Assembly (NCBI RefSeq): GCF_037902255.1
Contig: NZ_CP147990.1
Coordinates: 2,820,001 to 2,852,000, forward strand
Direction of reading: 5' to 3'
DNA from: Candidatus Electrothrix sp. GW3-4
Lineage (GTDB): Bacteria > Desulfobacterota > Desulfobulbia > Desulfobulbales > Desulfobulbaceae
Length of the DNA stretch: 32,000 bases
Under the pieces are notes generated by a model. The model saw only the letters and a program-made list of their open reading frames with translations. It ran no database searches and was not told where the DNA came from. Positions 1 through 9,121 of the stretch are shown here, in pieces. Within the stretch, counting starts at the first letter, position 1, and every line of letters starts with the position of its first letter. A program made the position numbers and the translations under genes.

Positions 1-660
1 GGAGAAGACCACCGAGGTATAACGCTTACCAAAAGGCACCAGACGGGTGTTCCAGCCTACCTGTACCCCGTTCTTCACCAGCAGATCCGGCATATAATTG
101 CCATCAGAATCCGTGTGCATAAAGATATAGAGATTCTTCTCCTGCAATTCCAAGGCTATCTTGGAGGCGACCTCAGGGTCAGAAGGAGAACCGACGATGG
201 CAGCAAAGCCTGGAGCCGTGCCATCAACGAACTCAACCCCTCGTTTTCGGAAGATAACGTCATCTGCTGCACCCAGCCAGATATTATCGGCCGTTGGGTC
301 TTCGGTCTTGGTGTAGTAATCCGGTGAATTCAGGTAGTCGATGGCCTCGTACATTTCCTCGGCAAAATAGGTTGCCATACCGGCATCCAAGGCAGGCCCT
401 AAGTACGGCAGCCACATATCCTCGGTAACAACAGATGGTAAGAGCTTCCGACATTCCTGAAAAATATCTTTCATATCGCCGAGTCGTTCCACCTTGGCTC
501 CAAGCATGGAATAAATAATCGGCAGGTAGTAGGCAGTATTGGGAAAGGAAACTTCCTGTTCAGGGCCGTACTTCTTTACAGCCTCTTCATAGGACGCTTC
601 GGCCATATCCACGATTTTTTGGGCACCGCGAATCGCTGCGGAGCAGATAATCTTTGACAT
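1..660 (-). CDS. acsB: Acetyl-CoA synthase (CO-methylating, AcsB/CdhC type), N-terminal ~220 aa; the gene continues past the window start
   Basis: This ORF is missing from the ORF track because it is open at the window edge. My translation from the ATG at 658-660 reads MSKIICSAAIRGAQKIVDMAEASYEEAVKKYGPEQEVSFPNTAYYLPIIYSMLGAKVERLGDM... The xPxTAYYLP motif and the N-terminal layout resemble bacterial AcsB. An AAGGGAG Shine-Dalgarno lies 8 nt upstream, and the gene sits last in a Wood-Ljungdahl cluster. Confidence 0.8.
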   Translation of the reverse strand, partial: MSKIICSAAIRGAQKIVDMAEASYEEAVKKYGPEQEVSFPNTAYYLPIIYSMLGAKVERLGDMKDIFQECRKLLPSVVTEDMWLPYLGPALDAGMATYFAEEMYEAIDYLNSPDYYTKTEDPTADNIWLGAADDVIFRKRGVEFVDGTAPGFAAIVGSPSDPEVASKIALELQEKNLYIFMHTDSDGNYMPDLLVKNGVQVGWNTRLVPFGKRYTSVVFS

Positions 661-740
661 TGAGACAACTCCCTTAGGGTATAGACGGTTCAGAGTTCAG
701 GTTCAGGACTTGCTTTTTGGAGCAAATTGGCAAATCGTCA

Positions 741-3392
741 TTAACCGGCCAGACCGTTAATGAGCGCCTTGGTCATATTGACCGCCTTGGGATGGCGCAT
801 GATCAGGACTTCACCACCGGCCATAAGCATACAGGATGCAGTGATCGCCTCCATCATGATACCGCGACTTTCCTGATCCCCCATCATCTCATCGGTGGGC
901 AGCCCAACCTCTTTGGCCTTCCAAACCTCACGTCCGAGGTTACAGATAATCGGCACCTGGAGTTTTTCATCTTTCTGGGTCAAGGCGGCGATACGAATAC
1001 GCTCCATCACTGAATAGGTGTACTCAATACCGTAGCCCAAGGCACCAACGGACGGATCCATCATCACCGTATCAAGGGGTACACCGAGATTCTCCAGAAG
1101 AATGTTCAACTGCTTGGCCAGGTTGACATCAATGGGCGAAGCAGCAACCATGGGATGCTGAAAGGCCATTGCTGTTGCCCCGATAGCACGGTAGTTGGCA
1201 TCCTCCAGGGGCGCCAGACATACCTTCTTATCACCGATCAGGGAGGTCACCTCACGCAGGGTCTCGGTATCCTTCTCCGCATTACCACAGCCCCAGATAA
1301 TAATCGGTACATCAACGGCATCGATTACAGCGGCTGCGTCCTTGGCCGCATCTGCTGCGGAACGATTGGCGCCATTGGGATCTGTGCCGTTGAGCCAGAT
1401 ATTCAGGGCATCGGCCTTATAGACATCAACACATTTCTTTGCCCAGTCCACCGGGCTATCCATGACATCGTCAAAGTATTGAGTCAGGGTATCAGGCCAG
1501 TTATCAGGACGGACATCCATGATCTCCATAGCGATAAGCGGCTTATTGCCCAGCTCGCCTTCAAAGAGATGGAAGGGCAGAGAAGTGGCCCCCCCCACGG
1601 TCACGGCCTTGTCGCCGTTCCCCAGAGTTACCTCGCGAATCGCACCTGAATAGTCTGTCTTATAGCTGGCAGCTGGCACCTTGGTCGCGCGCTCAGCAAA
1701 AGGTGTCTCCTCTGTGGAGAGAACCGGAGCGTCCAGATCAGAGGGCGCAGCAGCAGCCGGAGCAGGCTTGGCAGCAGCAGCCTTCTTTTCCGCCTCTGCT
1801 TTGGCAGACGCTTCTGCAGCGGCCTTCTTTTCCGCCTCTGCCTTGGCAGCAGCTTCGGCCGCAGCCTTCTTCTCTGCTTCTGCTTTGGCTTTGGCCTCTG
1901 CATCCGCCTTTACTTTGGCTTCAGCTTCAGCCTTGGCAGCAGCTTCGGCTTTTGCCTTTGCTTCAGCCTCTGCCTTGGCTTTTGCCTCTGCTGCCGCAGC
2001 ATCAGCTTTCTCTTCTACCACCGGTGCAGCAGGAGCGGCAGGTGCAGGAGTTGCTCCGGCAGGTTGTTGAGCCATTCCCTCCGGTTCTTTATTCAATACC
2101 GATGCCGCATCGACAAAGTTCATCAAGGCATCAAACTGATCATCGCTCAGGCCATAGGCCTTTTTCAAGGCATCCAGGCCCTGATTGACTGATTCCAACG
2201 CCGCACGGCGTCCTTTTTCATTCATCGCATGTTCTCCTGCATCATCTGCCGCCTGTCCACTGGCAGCAGCAGTTTCCGTTGTCGCTTCGCCGGGCTGGAC
2301 TGCCTGTCCAGAGAGAGCAGCTGCTTCGGTCCGGGCGGCGGCTATAATTTTCTCAGCTTCGGCCTTGGCTTGTTCCAGAACATCAGCAGCAGCACCCTGA
2401 GCTGCAGGAGCTCTCACTGCAATGGCCTCTTTCGCTGCAACCGTTGTCTCGGGTATCTCTGCCGAGTCATCATCAAAGGTTGGTCGTGGCAGCAGCCCTG
2501 CTTTCTCACAGATCTCAGGAACCGCCTCTTCCCACTCGATGGCCATGACGTGTACACCGGCCACCCCGGGGATCTCTTTGACCTGATTGATAATATCAAC
2601 ACAGATATTAATCCCTTCCTGCTTTTTATCCTTGGCACCCTTGAGACGGTTAATCACCTCGTCGGTCACATCCATGCCTGGGACAAACTTCTTCATGTAG
2701 CGAGCCATGCCCAGGGACTTAGGTGGGGTCACACCGGCAAGGATATAGGCCTTGTCAGGCAGGCCGAGCTCGCGGGCTGTCTTCATGAACTCGGCAAAGC
2801 GCTCCACATTATAGATGATCTGGGTCTGAATAAAATCTGCCCCGTTGGCGATCTTTTTCCCCATGCGTACTGCACGAAATTCATAGGGATAGGCAAAGGG
2901 GTTGGCAGCAGCACCGAGGAAAAGATCTGTGGTTTTTCCTTTGATGTCCTCACCGCACTGAAATTTCCTTCCATCCCGCATATCCCGGACCATCCCTAAT
3001 AGCTGGATGGAATCCATGTCAAATACGCCTTTTGCTCCGGGATGATTGCCAAATTTCTGATGATCACCGGTCAGGCAGAGCAGGTTTTTCAAGCCCAATG
3101 CAGATGCAGCCAGCAAATCCGATTGCATCCCGATTCGGTTTCTGTCCCGACAGGTCATCTGGATAACCGGCTCCACCCCTTCGGCCTGAGCCAGCAGCCC
3201 GGCACCGATGGACGACATCCGGACGATTGCGGTCTGGCAATCCGTGATATTGACCGCGTCCACATTACCTTTCAGGATTCTCGCCTTCTCTCTGACCACA
3301 TCAGGGTCACTGTTCTTCGGCGGTCCCAGCTCACCGGTAACGGCAAATGCGCCGTTCCTGAGCACCCGCTCCAAATTGCTCCCCGATTTCAT
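741..3392 (-). CDS. Fusion protein: methylenetetrahydrofolate reductase (MetF) N-terminal domain, long Ala/Glu/Lys/Pro-rich linker, and corrinoid iron-sulfur protein small subunit (AcsD/CdhD) C-terminal domain
   Basis: The ORF has 884 codons. Residues ~1-300 (ERVLRNGAFAVTGELGPPK...CRDRNR...LCLTGDH...ANPF...FIQTQIIYN) read as MetF. Residues ~575-884 (VTVGGATSLPFHLFEGE...IIWGCGN...DPSVGALGYGIEYTYSVMERIR...LIMRHP) closely resemble AcsD as I recall it from Moorella. The likely start is the ATG at 3390-3392, after GAGGAGG; the track's first codon is a TTG. Confidence 0.8.
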   Translation of the reverse strand: MKSGSNLERVLRNGAFAVTGELGPPKNSDPDVVREKARILKGNVDAVNITDCQTAIVRMSSIGAGLLAQAEGVEPVIQMTCRDRNRIGMQSDLLAASALGLKNLLCLTGDHQKFGNHPGAKGVFDMDSIQLLGMVRDMRDGRKFQCGEDIKGKTTDLFLGAAANPFAYPYEFRAVRMGKKIANGADFIQTQIIYNVERFAEFMKTARELGLPDKAYILAGVTPPKSLGMARYMKKFVPGMDVTDEVINRLKGAKDKKQEGINICVDIINQVKEIPGVAGVHVMAIEWEEAVPEICEKAGLLPRPTFDDDSAEIPETTVAAKEAIAVRAPAAQGAAADVLEQAKAEAEKIIAAARTEAAALSGQAVQPGEATTETAAASGQAADDAGEHAMNEKGRRAALESVNQGLDALKKAYGLSDDQFDALMNFVDAASVLNKEPEGMAQQPAGATPAPAAPAAPVVEEKADAAAAEAKAKAEAEAKAKAEAAAKAEAEAKVKADAEAKAKAEAEKKAAAEAAAKAEAEKKAAAEASAKAEAEKKAAAAKPAPAAAAPSDLDAPVLSTEETPFAERATKVPAASYKTDYSGAIREVTLGNGDKAVTVGGATSLPFHLFEGELGNKPLIAMEIMDVRPDNWPDTLTQYFDDVMDSPVDWAKKCVDVYKADALNIWLNGTDPNGANRSAADAAKDAAAVIDAVDVPIIIWGCGNAEKDTETLREVTSLIGDKKVCLAPLEDANYRAIGATAMAFQHPMVAASPIDVNLAKQLNILLENLGVPLDTVMMDPSVGALGYGIEYTYSVMERIRIAALTQKDEKLQVPIICNLGREVWKAKEVGLPTDEMMGDQESRGIMMEAITASCMLMAGGEVLIMRHPKAVNMTKALINGLAG
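1750..2016 (-). repeat. Coding low-complexity tract (A/E/K-rich, TolA-like helix) that includes three tandem 39-nt (13-aa) units AEAEKKAAAEAxAK
   Basis: The translation reads EEKADAAAAEAKAKAEAEAKAKAEAAAKAEAEAKVKADAEAKAKAEAEKKAAAEAAAKAEAEKKAAAEASAKAEAEKKAAAAKPAPAAAAP. The DNA shows repeated gccttcttttccgcctctgc units. Confidence 0.85.
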
Positions 3393-3514
3393 CAATCCTC
3401 CTCTATACCTGATCCGCCCTGCGGGCAGAAGTTTGTTCTGCAGAATTCAATGCCTTATCTTTTTATACCATAGAGGGCGATTCGCGAACCACCCCTACAG
3501 CATCAATGCCCGCC

Positions 3515-5500
3515 TCAACCGCCGCAACCGGCACCGGCAATACCTTTGCCTGCTTCCAGATCCCGACGCATAGCCATGTCCATGAGGACACGTTCTTTCT
3601 TCTTATTGATCCCCAGGGCCTCGCGTTTTTCATCAATAGCTGCGATCATGGCCTTGGCAATATCCAGGGGATTGCTTTGCACACCCCAACAGGCACCAAA
3701 CTCCTCTTTGATCTCCTTGAGGAGATACTCGGAAAATTTCTTAGCCCCATTAATGGGCAGATCCTGGAAAATAACATGGGCACCACTGGCAACAAAGTAC
3801 TGGCCAATGGCCACTGCCTTTTCGCTCATCCACAGGGGTGCTGACCCCACAGCAGGGAGCTCAGCGATATCATCACCCAGTCCTCCTTCTTTAACCATGG
3901 CGGTCAGGGCGATAAGGAGGCGAGAGTTATCCACACAGGAACCGACATGAAGGACCGGCGGCATCCCCACGGTCTCACAGACCTCGCGCAGGCCGTCTCC
4001 GGCATACTCAGTGGCTGCCTCCGGCCGCATCAGCCCCCGCCTGCCCAAGGCCTGGGCCGCACAACCGCTGGCCAGGACCAACACGTTATTTTTGATCAGC
4101 TCTTTGGCAATCTCAAAATGAACATCATCAGAGTATTTATAATGCTCACAACCGACCAGGGCACCGACTCCGCGGATACGGCCGTTGATAATATTATCAT
4201 TCAATGGGCGGTAGGACTGACGGAAGCGCCCACCGAGCATGTAATTGATGGTCTCATGGGAGAAACCAACCACGACATCGAACTTCTTGTCCTTCGGAAT
4301 ATAGTACTCGCCCCGCTTTTTAAAGTTAGCAATGGCGTGAGACAGGATCTTTTTGGCTGAGGCATAGGCAGCTTCCTCTTCAAACTGAATATGCACTCCA
4401 TCCGGCATCTTGGCCCGATAGTTGGTGGTGATAATGTCGGTATGCTTCCCTTTCACGACCTGAGCAAGGGACTGCATGACACATTGGACATCAACAACCA
4501 TGGCCTCCACTGCACCGGTGGCCAGCACCATCTCCTGCTGGATAAAGGAACCAGCCACGGGAATACCCCGCCGCATCAGGATCTCGTTACCGGTACAGCA
4601 GACACCGGCCAGGTTAATCCCCTTAGCCCCGGCCTTCTTGGCCAGAGCCAGCATCTCCTCGTCCTCAGCAGCCAGACACAGGGACTCGGCCAGCAGCGGC
4701 TCGTGACCATGCACCGTTACATTGACCATGTCTTCCCGGAGCACACCGAGATCAACAATGGCTCGTTTAGGCACCGGGGTGCCGAACATAATATCGGTCA
4801 GCTCAGTGGAAAGCATGGAAGCACCCCAGCCGTCGGCCAAGGCGCAGCGACTCGACTGCTTGGTAATATTTTGATACTCCTGATCCACGCCCATATGGGT
4901 ACGGTGCATCAGTTCCACCACTTCCCGATCAACAGAGCGCGGTTCAACCCCTTGCTCCTTCCAGATCTTTTGCTGTTTCTCTGGAGCCCGCTTCAGCATG
5001 GTCAGGGGTTCATTATCCTGCTTACCAAACTCAGCCAGGGCCCGCTCACCAAGCTCAAGGGCGATCTCGTTCTTCTCCCGGTCCTCGGTTGCAATCCCGA
5101 AGAGTTCGGCCATATCATGAAGTTTGGCCACATCCTTGATTTCATGCGGCGTTTCCCCTTTTGCCGTGGCAATGAATCCGCGCACCATTTCACGGGCATG
5201 GTCAGTATGAGCGGATGTACCAGCCGCGACCACGCGGGCGAAATTTCTGGCCGCAACCGTATCTGCTGTGGCACCGCAGATCCCGACCATTGATTCAACA
5301 CCGTCAATGATCTGACAGGGTCCCATATTGCAATTGCGGCAGCAGGTACCTCCTGAGCCGAACAGACAGGCGGACATCCCCCGGTCCTCAATACGGTCAT
5401 AGGCAGTACGAACCTGCTTGGCAAGATCCTGATTCAGCAGGTCGCGTGTTGAGCTGGCGGTTATATCGTTACAGCTTTCGCAGCGATTAGGCTTAGCCAT
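3515..5500 (-). CDS. cooS: Anaerobic carbon-monoxide dehydrogenase catalytic subunit (Ni-Fe CODH)
   Basis: The protein is 661 aa. The N-terminal cysteine cluster (CESC...CLFGSGGTCCRNCNMGPCQI) and conserved CODH motifs (HGHEP, CCTGNE, GSCVDN) are present. A GAGGAG Shine-Dalgarno lies 8 nt upstream. Confidence 0.9.
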   Translation of the reverse strand: MAKPNRCESCNDITASSTRDLLNQDLAKQVRTAYDRIEDRGMSACLFGSGGTCCRNCNMGPCQIIDGVESMVGICGATADTVAARNFARVVAAGTSAHTDHAREMVRGFIATAKGETPHEIKDVAKLHDMAELFGIATEDREKNEIALELGERALAEFGKQDNEPLTMLKRAPEKQQKIWKEQGVEPRSVDREVVELMHRTHMGVDQEYQNITKQSSRCALADGWGASMLSTELTDIMFGTPVPKRAIVDLGVLREDMVNVTVHGHEPLLAESLCLAAEDEEMLALAKKAGAKGINLAGVCCTGNEILMRRGIPVAGSFIQQEMVLATGAVEAMVVDVQCVMQSLAQVVKGKHTDIITTNYRAKMPDGVHIQFEEEAAYASAKKILSHAIANFKKRGEYYIPKDKKFDVVVGFSHETINYMLGGRFRQSYRPLNDNIINGRIRGVGALVGCEHYKYSDDVHFEIAKELIKNNVLVLASGCAAQALGRRGLMRPEAATEYAGDGLREVCETVGMPPVLHVGSCVDNSRLLIALTAMVKEGGLGDDIAELPAVGSAPLWMSEKAVAIGQYFVASGAHVIFQDLPINGAKKFSEYLLKEIKEEFGACWGVQSNPLDIAKAMIAAIDEKREALGINKKKERVLMDMAMRRDLEAGKGIAGAGCGG

Positions 5501-5580
5501 AGTACGGTCTCCTCAAAAGCAGAAGTCTGAGGGCAGGCATCCCAACAGATACCTGACTCCCCTATCCTTAAAAATATTTC

Positions 5581-6462
5581 TTACGCGAGTCCGGCAAATT
5601 GCTTGGCAGACTGCACGGTATTCTTCATCAGCATGGTGATCGTCATCGGACCAACACCACCAGGTACCGGGGTAATGGCGGCAGCCTTTTCCTTGACAGA
5701 CTCGAATTCCACATCACCGGCCAACTTGGCCTTGCCGGATTCAGTAACCCCGATGCGATTCACACCCACATCAATGACAACCACGCCCTCTTTGACCTGG
5801 TCTGCCTTGATCATATTGGCAACACCGGCTGCAACGATGAGGATATCGGCCCGCTTGGTATGAAAGTCCATATCCTTGGTCCGGGTATGGCAGAGGGTGA
5901 CTGTCGCATTACCGGCATCCCGTTTCTGCAACATCAGGTTTGCCACCGGCTTGCCCACAATATTGGAACGGCCAACAACCACTACCTCAGCCCCAGAGGT
6001 TTCAACCCCGGAGCGTGAGAGCAGCTCCAGTACCCCGTGCGGTGTACAGGGCAGGAAGCATTTTTCACCCAAGACCATGCGTCCTACGTTGACCGGATGA
6101 AATCCGTCCACATCCTTATCCGGATTAATGGCATTGAGAATTTTGGCCTCATCAATATGCTTTGGCAGAGGCAACTGCACCAGGATACCGTGAATTTTCT
6201 CGTCGTTATTATATTTTTCTACCAGAGCCAACAGGTCTTCCTCGCTGGTCCCGGCATCCAGGGTAACCTGCTCAGAGTGGATCCCCAAAGCATGCGCCGT
6301 TTTATTCTTGGCCGCCACATAGGATTGTGAGGCAGGATCTTCTCCCACCAGAATAGTAACCAGACCCGGAACGACCTTGCCCGCCAGCTCGGCAACTTCC
6401 TTCTTCAGTTCTTCCCTTATCGCCTTTGCGGTTTCGGTTCCGCTGATGATTTTTGCGCTCAT
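5581..6462 (-). CDS. folD: Bifunctional methylene-THF dehydrogenase / methenyl-THF cyclohydrolase
   Basis: The sequence MSAKIISGTETAKAIREELKK...YVAAKNK...VQLPLP...DVDGFHP...GRSNIVGKP...PVPGGVGPMT reads as FolD. I trimmed the start to the ATG at 6460-6462, which is preceded by GAAGGAG. The longer track ORF adds a non-homologous 21-aa extension. Confidence 0.9.
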   Translation of the reverse strand: MSAKIISGTETAKAIREELKKEVAELAGKVVPGLVTILVGEDPASQSYVAAKNKTAHALGIHSEQVTLDAGTSEEDLLALVEKYNNDEKIHGILVQLPLPKHIDEAKILNAINPDKDVDGFHPVNVGRMVLGEKCFLPCTPHGVLELLSRSGVETSGAEVVVVGRSNIVGKPVANLMLQKRDAGNATVTLCHTRTKDMDFHTKRADILIVAAGVANMIKADQVKEGVVVIDVGVNRIGVTESGKAKLAGDVEFESVKEKAAAITPVPGGVGPMTITMLMKNTVQSAKQFAGLA

Positions 6463-6584
6463 GGCTGCTCCTTCAAAGAGTCCGTATGTGACCATTTTCA
6501 CTGCCCACACACAGCAAACCGGCAAACAAGAGGCAGCCGGTTTATTGATTGTTTGATAGTAAGTTCTTTTGAAAATAAAAGGCC

Positions 6585-6613
6585 ATTCTATTCTTTTTTT
6601 GTTCCTTTTTCAA
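6585..6613 (-). promoter_or_regulatory. Candidate sigma70-type promoter for the folD-cooS-metF::acsD-acsB operon
   Basis: The minus strand reads TTGAAA, a 17-nt spacer, then TAGAAT, in an AT-rich region ~120 nt upstream of the folD start. This is a sequence pattern match only. Confidence 0.4.
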
Positions 6614-7005
6614 GGTGAATTTCATTTTCGTAAGAAACGGTTCACAGTTTTGTCCTGCTCCTTACGGGAGTTTTTATGAAAGGGAATCATTTTCAACTAA
6701 TTCAATATCACTCAAAATATGAACAATTCCCCTTCAGGACACCCCACATCGTGTCACAAGTAGCATCTTGCAATCCTGTCAACCCTTTCCCCACCCCGCC
6801 CTCATCGGGCTGGTCCCCCTGACACCCCCATTAGTTTGCACAAAAAAGCACTTGACTTTCAAGCTGTTGTTCTGTATCCCTTGACTAGAAAGGCAGCCCA
6901 GAGAAACACCCCAAACCGTACCGGAGCAGCTTTACCATTTTAAGCAAACACCTTAACTGAAGATCTGAAATAAGCCACCATCGGAACAGCAAGAGCCTCA
7001 AACCC

Positions 7006-7596
7006 ATGACAACCCAGACCGCCCTGACCGGAAAAACACTGCTCATGCTTGGCGACTCCTTGATTGAGTGGGGTGATTGGGAGCCCCTCCTCCCGGATCT
7101 CCAGGTCATTAATCGTGGGGTCGCCGGGGAACACACCGAAGAGCTCTCAGCCCGACTGATCAACGAGATTGACGCCGTGGTTGACGCTGGCCCAGAACCG
7201 GAGTATATCCTCCTTATGACAGGCACCAACAACCTGCTTATGGGCAGCCCCTACTTTCCTGTCATTCTGGGGAGCATGCTGCCGCGCCTGGTCGCCCTCT
7301 GTCCGCAGAGCAGGATTACCCTGAATTCCCTCATGCCCATGCGAATACAGGGGCTGGCCGAGGAAACTATCACTGCTGCCAACACCGAACTCCGTGATGT
7401 GGCGCAGCGCAGCGCTTGTCGTTTTCTCGATATGACCACCCCCTTTACCGAGCAATGCCTGCCTGTGACCAAACCCTGCTTTCTCAACGATGGGGTACAC
7501 CTGGCCACCCGGGGCTATCAGGTCTGGGCCGGGGCCATCAAAAGGCATCTTGAGGCGCTTGAGGAGAATCAACCAATGGACCATGAAACTTCTTAG
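7006..7596 (+). CDS. SGNH/GDSL-family hydrolase
   Basis: The protein has an N-terminal LMLGDSLIEWG block (GDS), a TGTNN block and a C-terminal NDGVHLATRGY block (DxxH), the standard SGNH motif order. Confidence 0.75.
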   Translation: MTTQTALTGKTLLMLGDSLIEWGDWEPLLPDLQVINRGVAGEHTEELSARLINEIDAVVDAGPEPEYILLMTGTNNLLMGSPYFPVILGSMLPRLVALCPQSRITLNSLMPMRIQGLAEETITAANTELRDVAQRSACRFLDMTTPFTEQCLPVTKPCFLNDGVHLATRGYQVWAGAIKRHLEALEENQPMDHETS

Positions 7597-7728
7597 GTAA
7601 CCGAGAAGCAAAATAAAAAAAATAAAGCACCACTGAAGGTTGTTTCTTGTCCTTAAACTCTGCGGAACAGAGAGAAAACCAGGCAGGGGCAACAAAAACT
7701 AACGTTACTTTCTTTGTGAGGTAAAACG

Positions 7729-8232
7729 ATGAAGAACGGAAAATCATTACACAAAATCATAGGGTGTGGGGTTATCATGCTCGCCGTGTTCGTCTTTGCG
7801 GGCACTGGCTATACCCGTAGCCCCTGCGGTTGTCAAACATGTCAGCAGTCCCAGAATCCAGGACCTGTATTTGATGAGTACGCGGAGCTGCAGTACCGCG
7901 ACGGTTTCCCTGGCAGCCGGAGATACAAACGCCAGCAGGTAAAAAAGCTCCAGTGCATGCTGAAGACCCTGGGCTACTGCTCCGGCGCCATTGATGGCTG
8001 GTACGGCAGTTCAACGGCCCGTGCCGTGATGCTCTTTTTAGCAGACAACTTCCAGGAGATTGGCTACGGTAAGAAGGTGACCAAGGACCAATGGAAGTAC
8101 ATGGTCCACTGGGCAGGCGAGCGCTGCTCCAAGTACGACAAGAAAGAGAGACCAAGACCTTCTTACTACCAGTACCAGCAATACCAAGGCTATCAGCAGG
8201 GACAGCAATATCAGTATTATCAGTACAAGTAA
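7729..8232 (+). CDS. Secreted peptidoglycan-binding-domain protein with a Gln/Tyr-rich C-terminal tail
   Basis: The N-terminus is a hydrophobic signal-like segment. VKKLQCMLKTLGYCSGAIDGWYGSSTARAVMLF fits the PG_binding_1 pattern. The tail reads SYYQYQQYQGYQQGQQYQYYQYK. Confidence 0.6.
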   Translation: MKNGKSLHKIIGCGVIMLAVFVFAGTGYTRSPCGCQTCQQSQNPGPVFDEYAELQYRDGFPGSRRYKRQQVKKLQCMLKTLGYCSGAIDGWYGSSTARAVMLFLADNFQEIGYGKKVTKDQWKYMVHWAGERCSKYDKKERPRPSYYQYQQYQGYQQGQQYQYYQYK

Positions 8233-8247
8233 TGATACTGATGAAGT

Positions 8248-8283
8248 AGAGGACATGCCGCACCGTGTGTCGGTATGTCCTCT
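8248..8283 (+). terminator. Terminator-like hairpin after the PG-binding gene
   Basis: AGAGGACAT (8248-8256) pairs with ATGTCCTCT (8275-8283). The hairpin is followed by a C/T-rich tract rather than a clean U-run. Confidence 0.3.
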
Positions 8284-9121
8284 CCTCTCCCCTCCCCTCC
8301 TTTCTTCCTCCATTTCCTTAAGCATTGCCCAGCAGCAAAGACCAACCTGTCATTCAGCAGGCCTGGACCATCAGCTCCTCTTTCCATAATGGTATCCTTA
8401 TCAGGAGGATCTAGCCCTCCTTGTACGGAGGATGCGTACATCCTCCTGCGGAGCTTCCCTGCATCCATTTGTAGAGGTGTGACCGGCATGGTCACGAACT
8501 AGCTGGTGCAAGTCCAGCCATAACCCCTGAAAGGAGGGAATATGTAGACGAAGGTAAGGGTGCCTGAAGAAACTCACAGGAGCTGCCCGAGGAGGGATAT
8601 CCCGGTAACTGTGAGCCAATGACGGATCTGAAGGAAGCCTGAATCAAATTTGTCACCCAAGCTCGGTGCGAACCTCTGGCAGGCTTTACGGAAAGGGCGA
8701 GGCAACCTCGACTGCCGAAGCCCGATATCCTTTCCGTATTCCGTAGAGTAGAGGAGGTGGGTGGGCAATGAAAGCTCGTGATCTTACCCGGTGAAGAGCC
8801 GTCTGTATGCCGGGCCGGTTGTAACTGCGACAGCCGTGCCCTAAGCGGAGCAGCAATGTTTCTGTTATGGACAGAGGGTTTTCAGATGAAGCCATAGTAG
8901 GCGTAAAATCGATAGCCGATGAGGATGCGGTGACGTATCTGAGGGTAAAACTATCGGAAAGTGGCAGCAATGCCGGAGCCGAAGGGCGGAACATGTTATC
9001 AGAACCGGACTCTCAGAATAGATGTTGTTATGAGCTCAGCCGTAGGAACTGTCTTTGAAGCGGATACGTATACTTCCGATGACAACAGAGACTGTGCGGA
9101 GTGATGAAATAACAGCGCAAA

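Noticed and set aside
1155-2999. Plus-strand ORFs antisense to metF::acsD (1155-1649, 1681-2070, 1703-2188, 2229-2999)
   Set aside because: They are mirror-image frames of a well-supported minus-strand gene. The Ala/Leu/Pro-rich products simply reflect the complement of the A/E/K repeat.
4391-5293. The 300-aa plus-strand ORF antisense to cooS, and the similar long shadows at 16498-17376 (cysS), 22424-23134 (GalT-like), 25773-26333 and 26550-27269 (purA), and 27606-28178 (transposase)
   Set aside because: Each is fully contained in a strongly supported gene on the opposite strand and has no recognisable motifs or Shine-Dalgarno.
5581-6525. The long N-terminal extensions in the track ORFs for folD, rpoZ (25198-25584) and purA (25788-27311)
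   Set aside because: The family N-termini begin at internal start codons that have good Shine-Dalgarno sites. The extensions have odd composition (for example MPVCCVWAV and MFCCFGPL) and, for purA, would cover its own promoter.
6517-6550. The hairpin plus TTTATT as a plus-strand intrinsic terminator
   Set aside because: No plus-strand gene ends upstream of it. It more likely belongs to the folD leader on the minus strand, so I mention it only in the operon finding.
8275-8502. The 75-aa ORF spanning the intron 5-prime junction as the interrupted host gene
   Set aside because: It has low-complexity Pro/Ser composition derived from a C/T-rich tract. It has no Shine-Dalgarno, and the downstream exon does not continue any frame sensibly.
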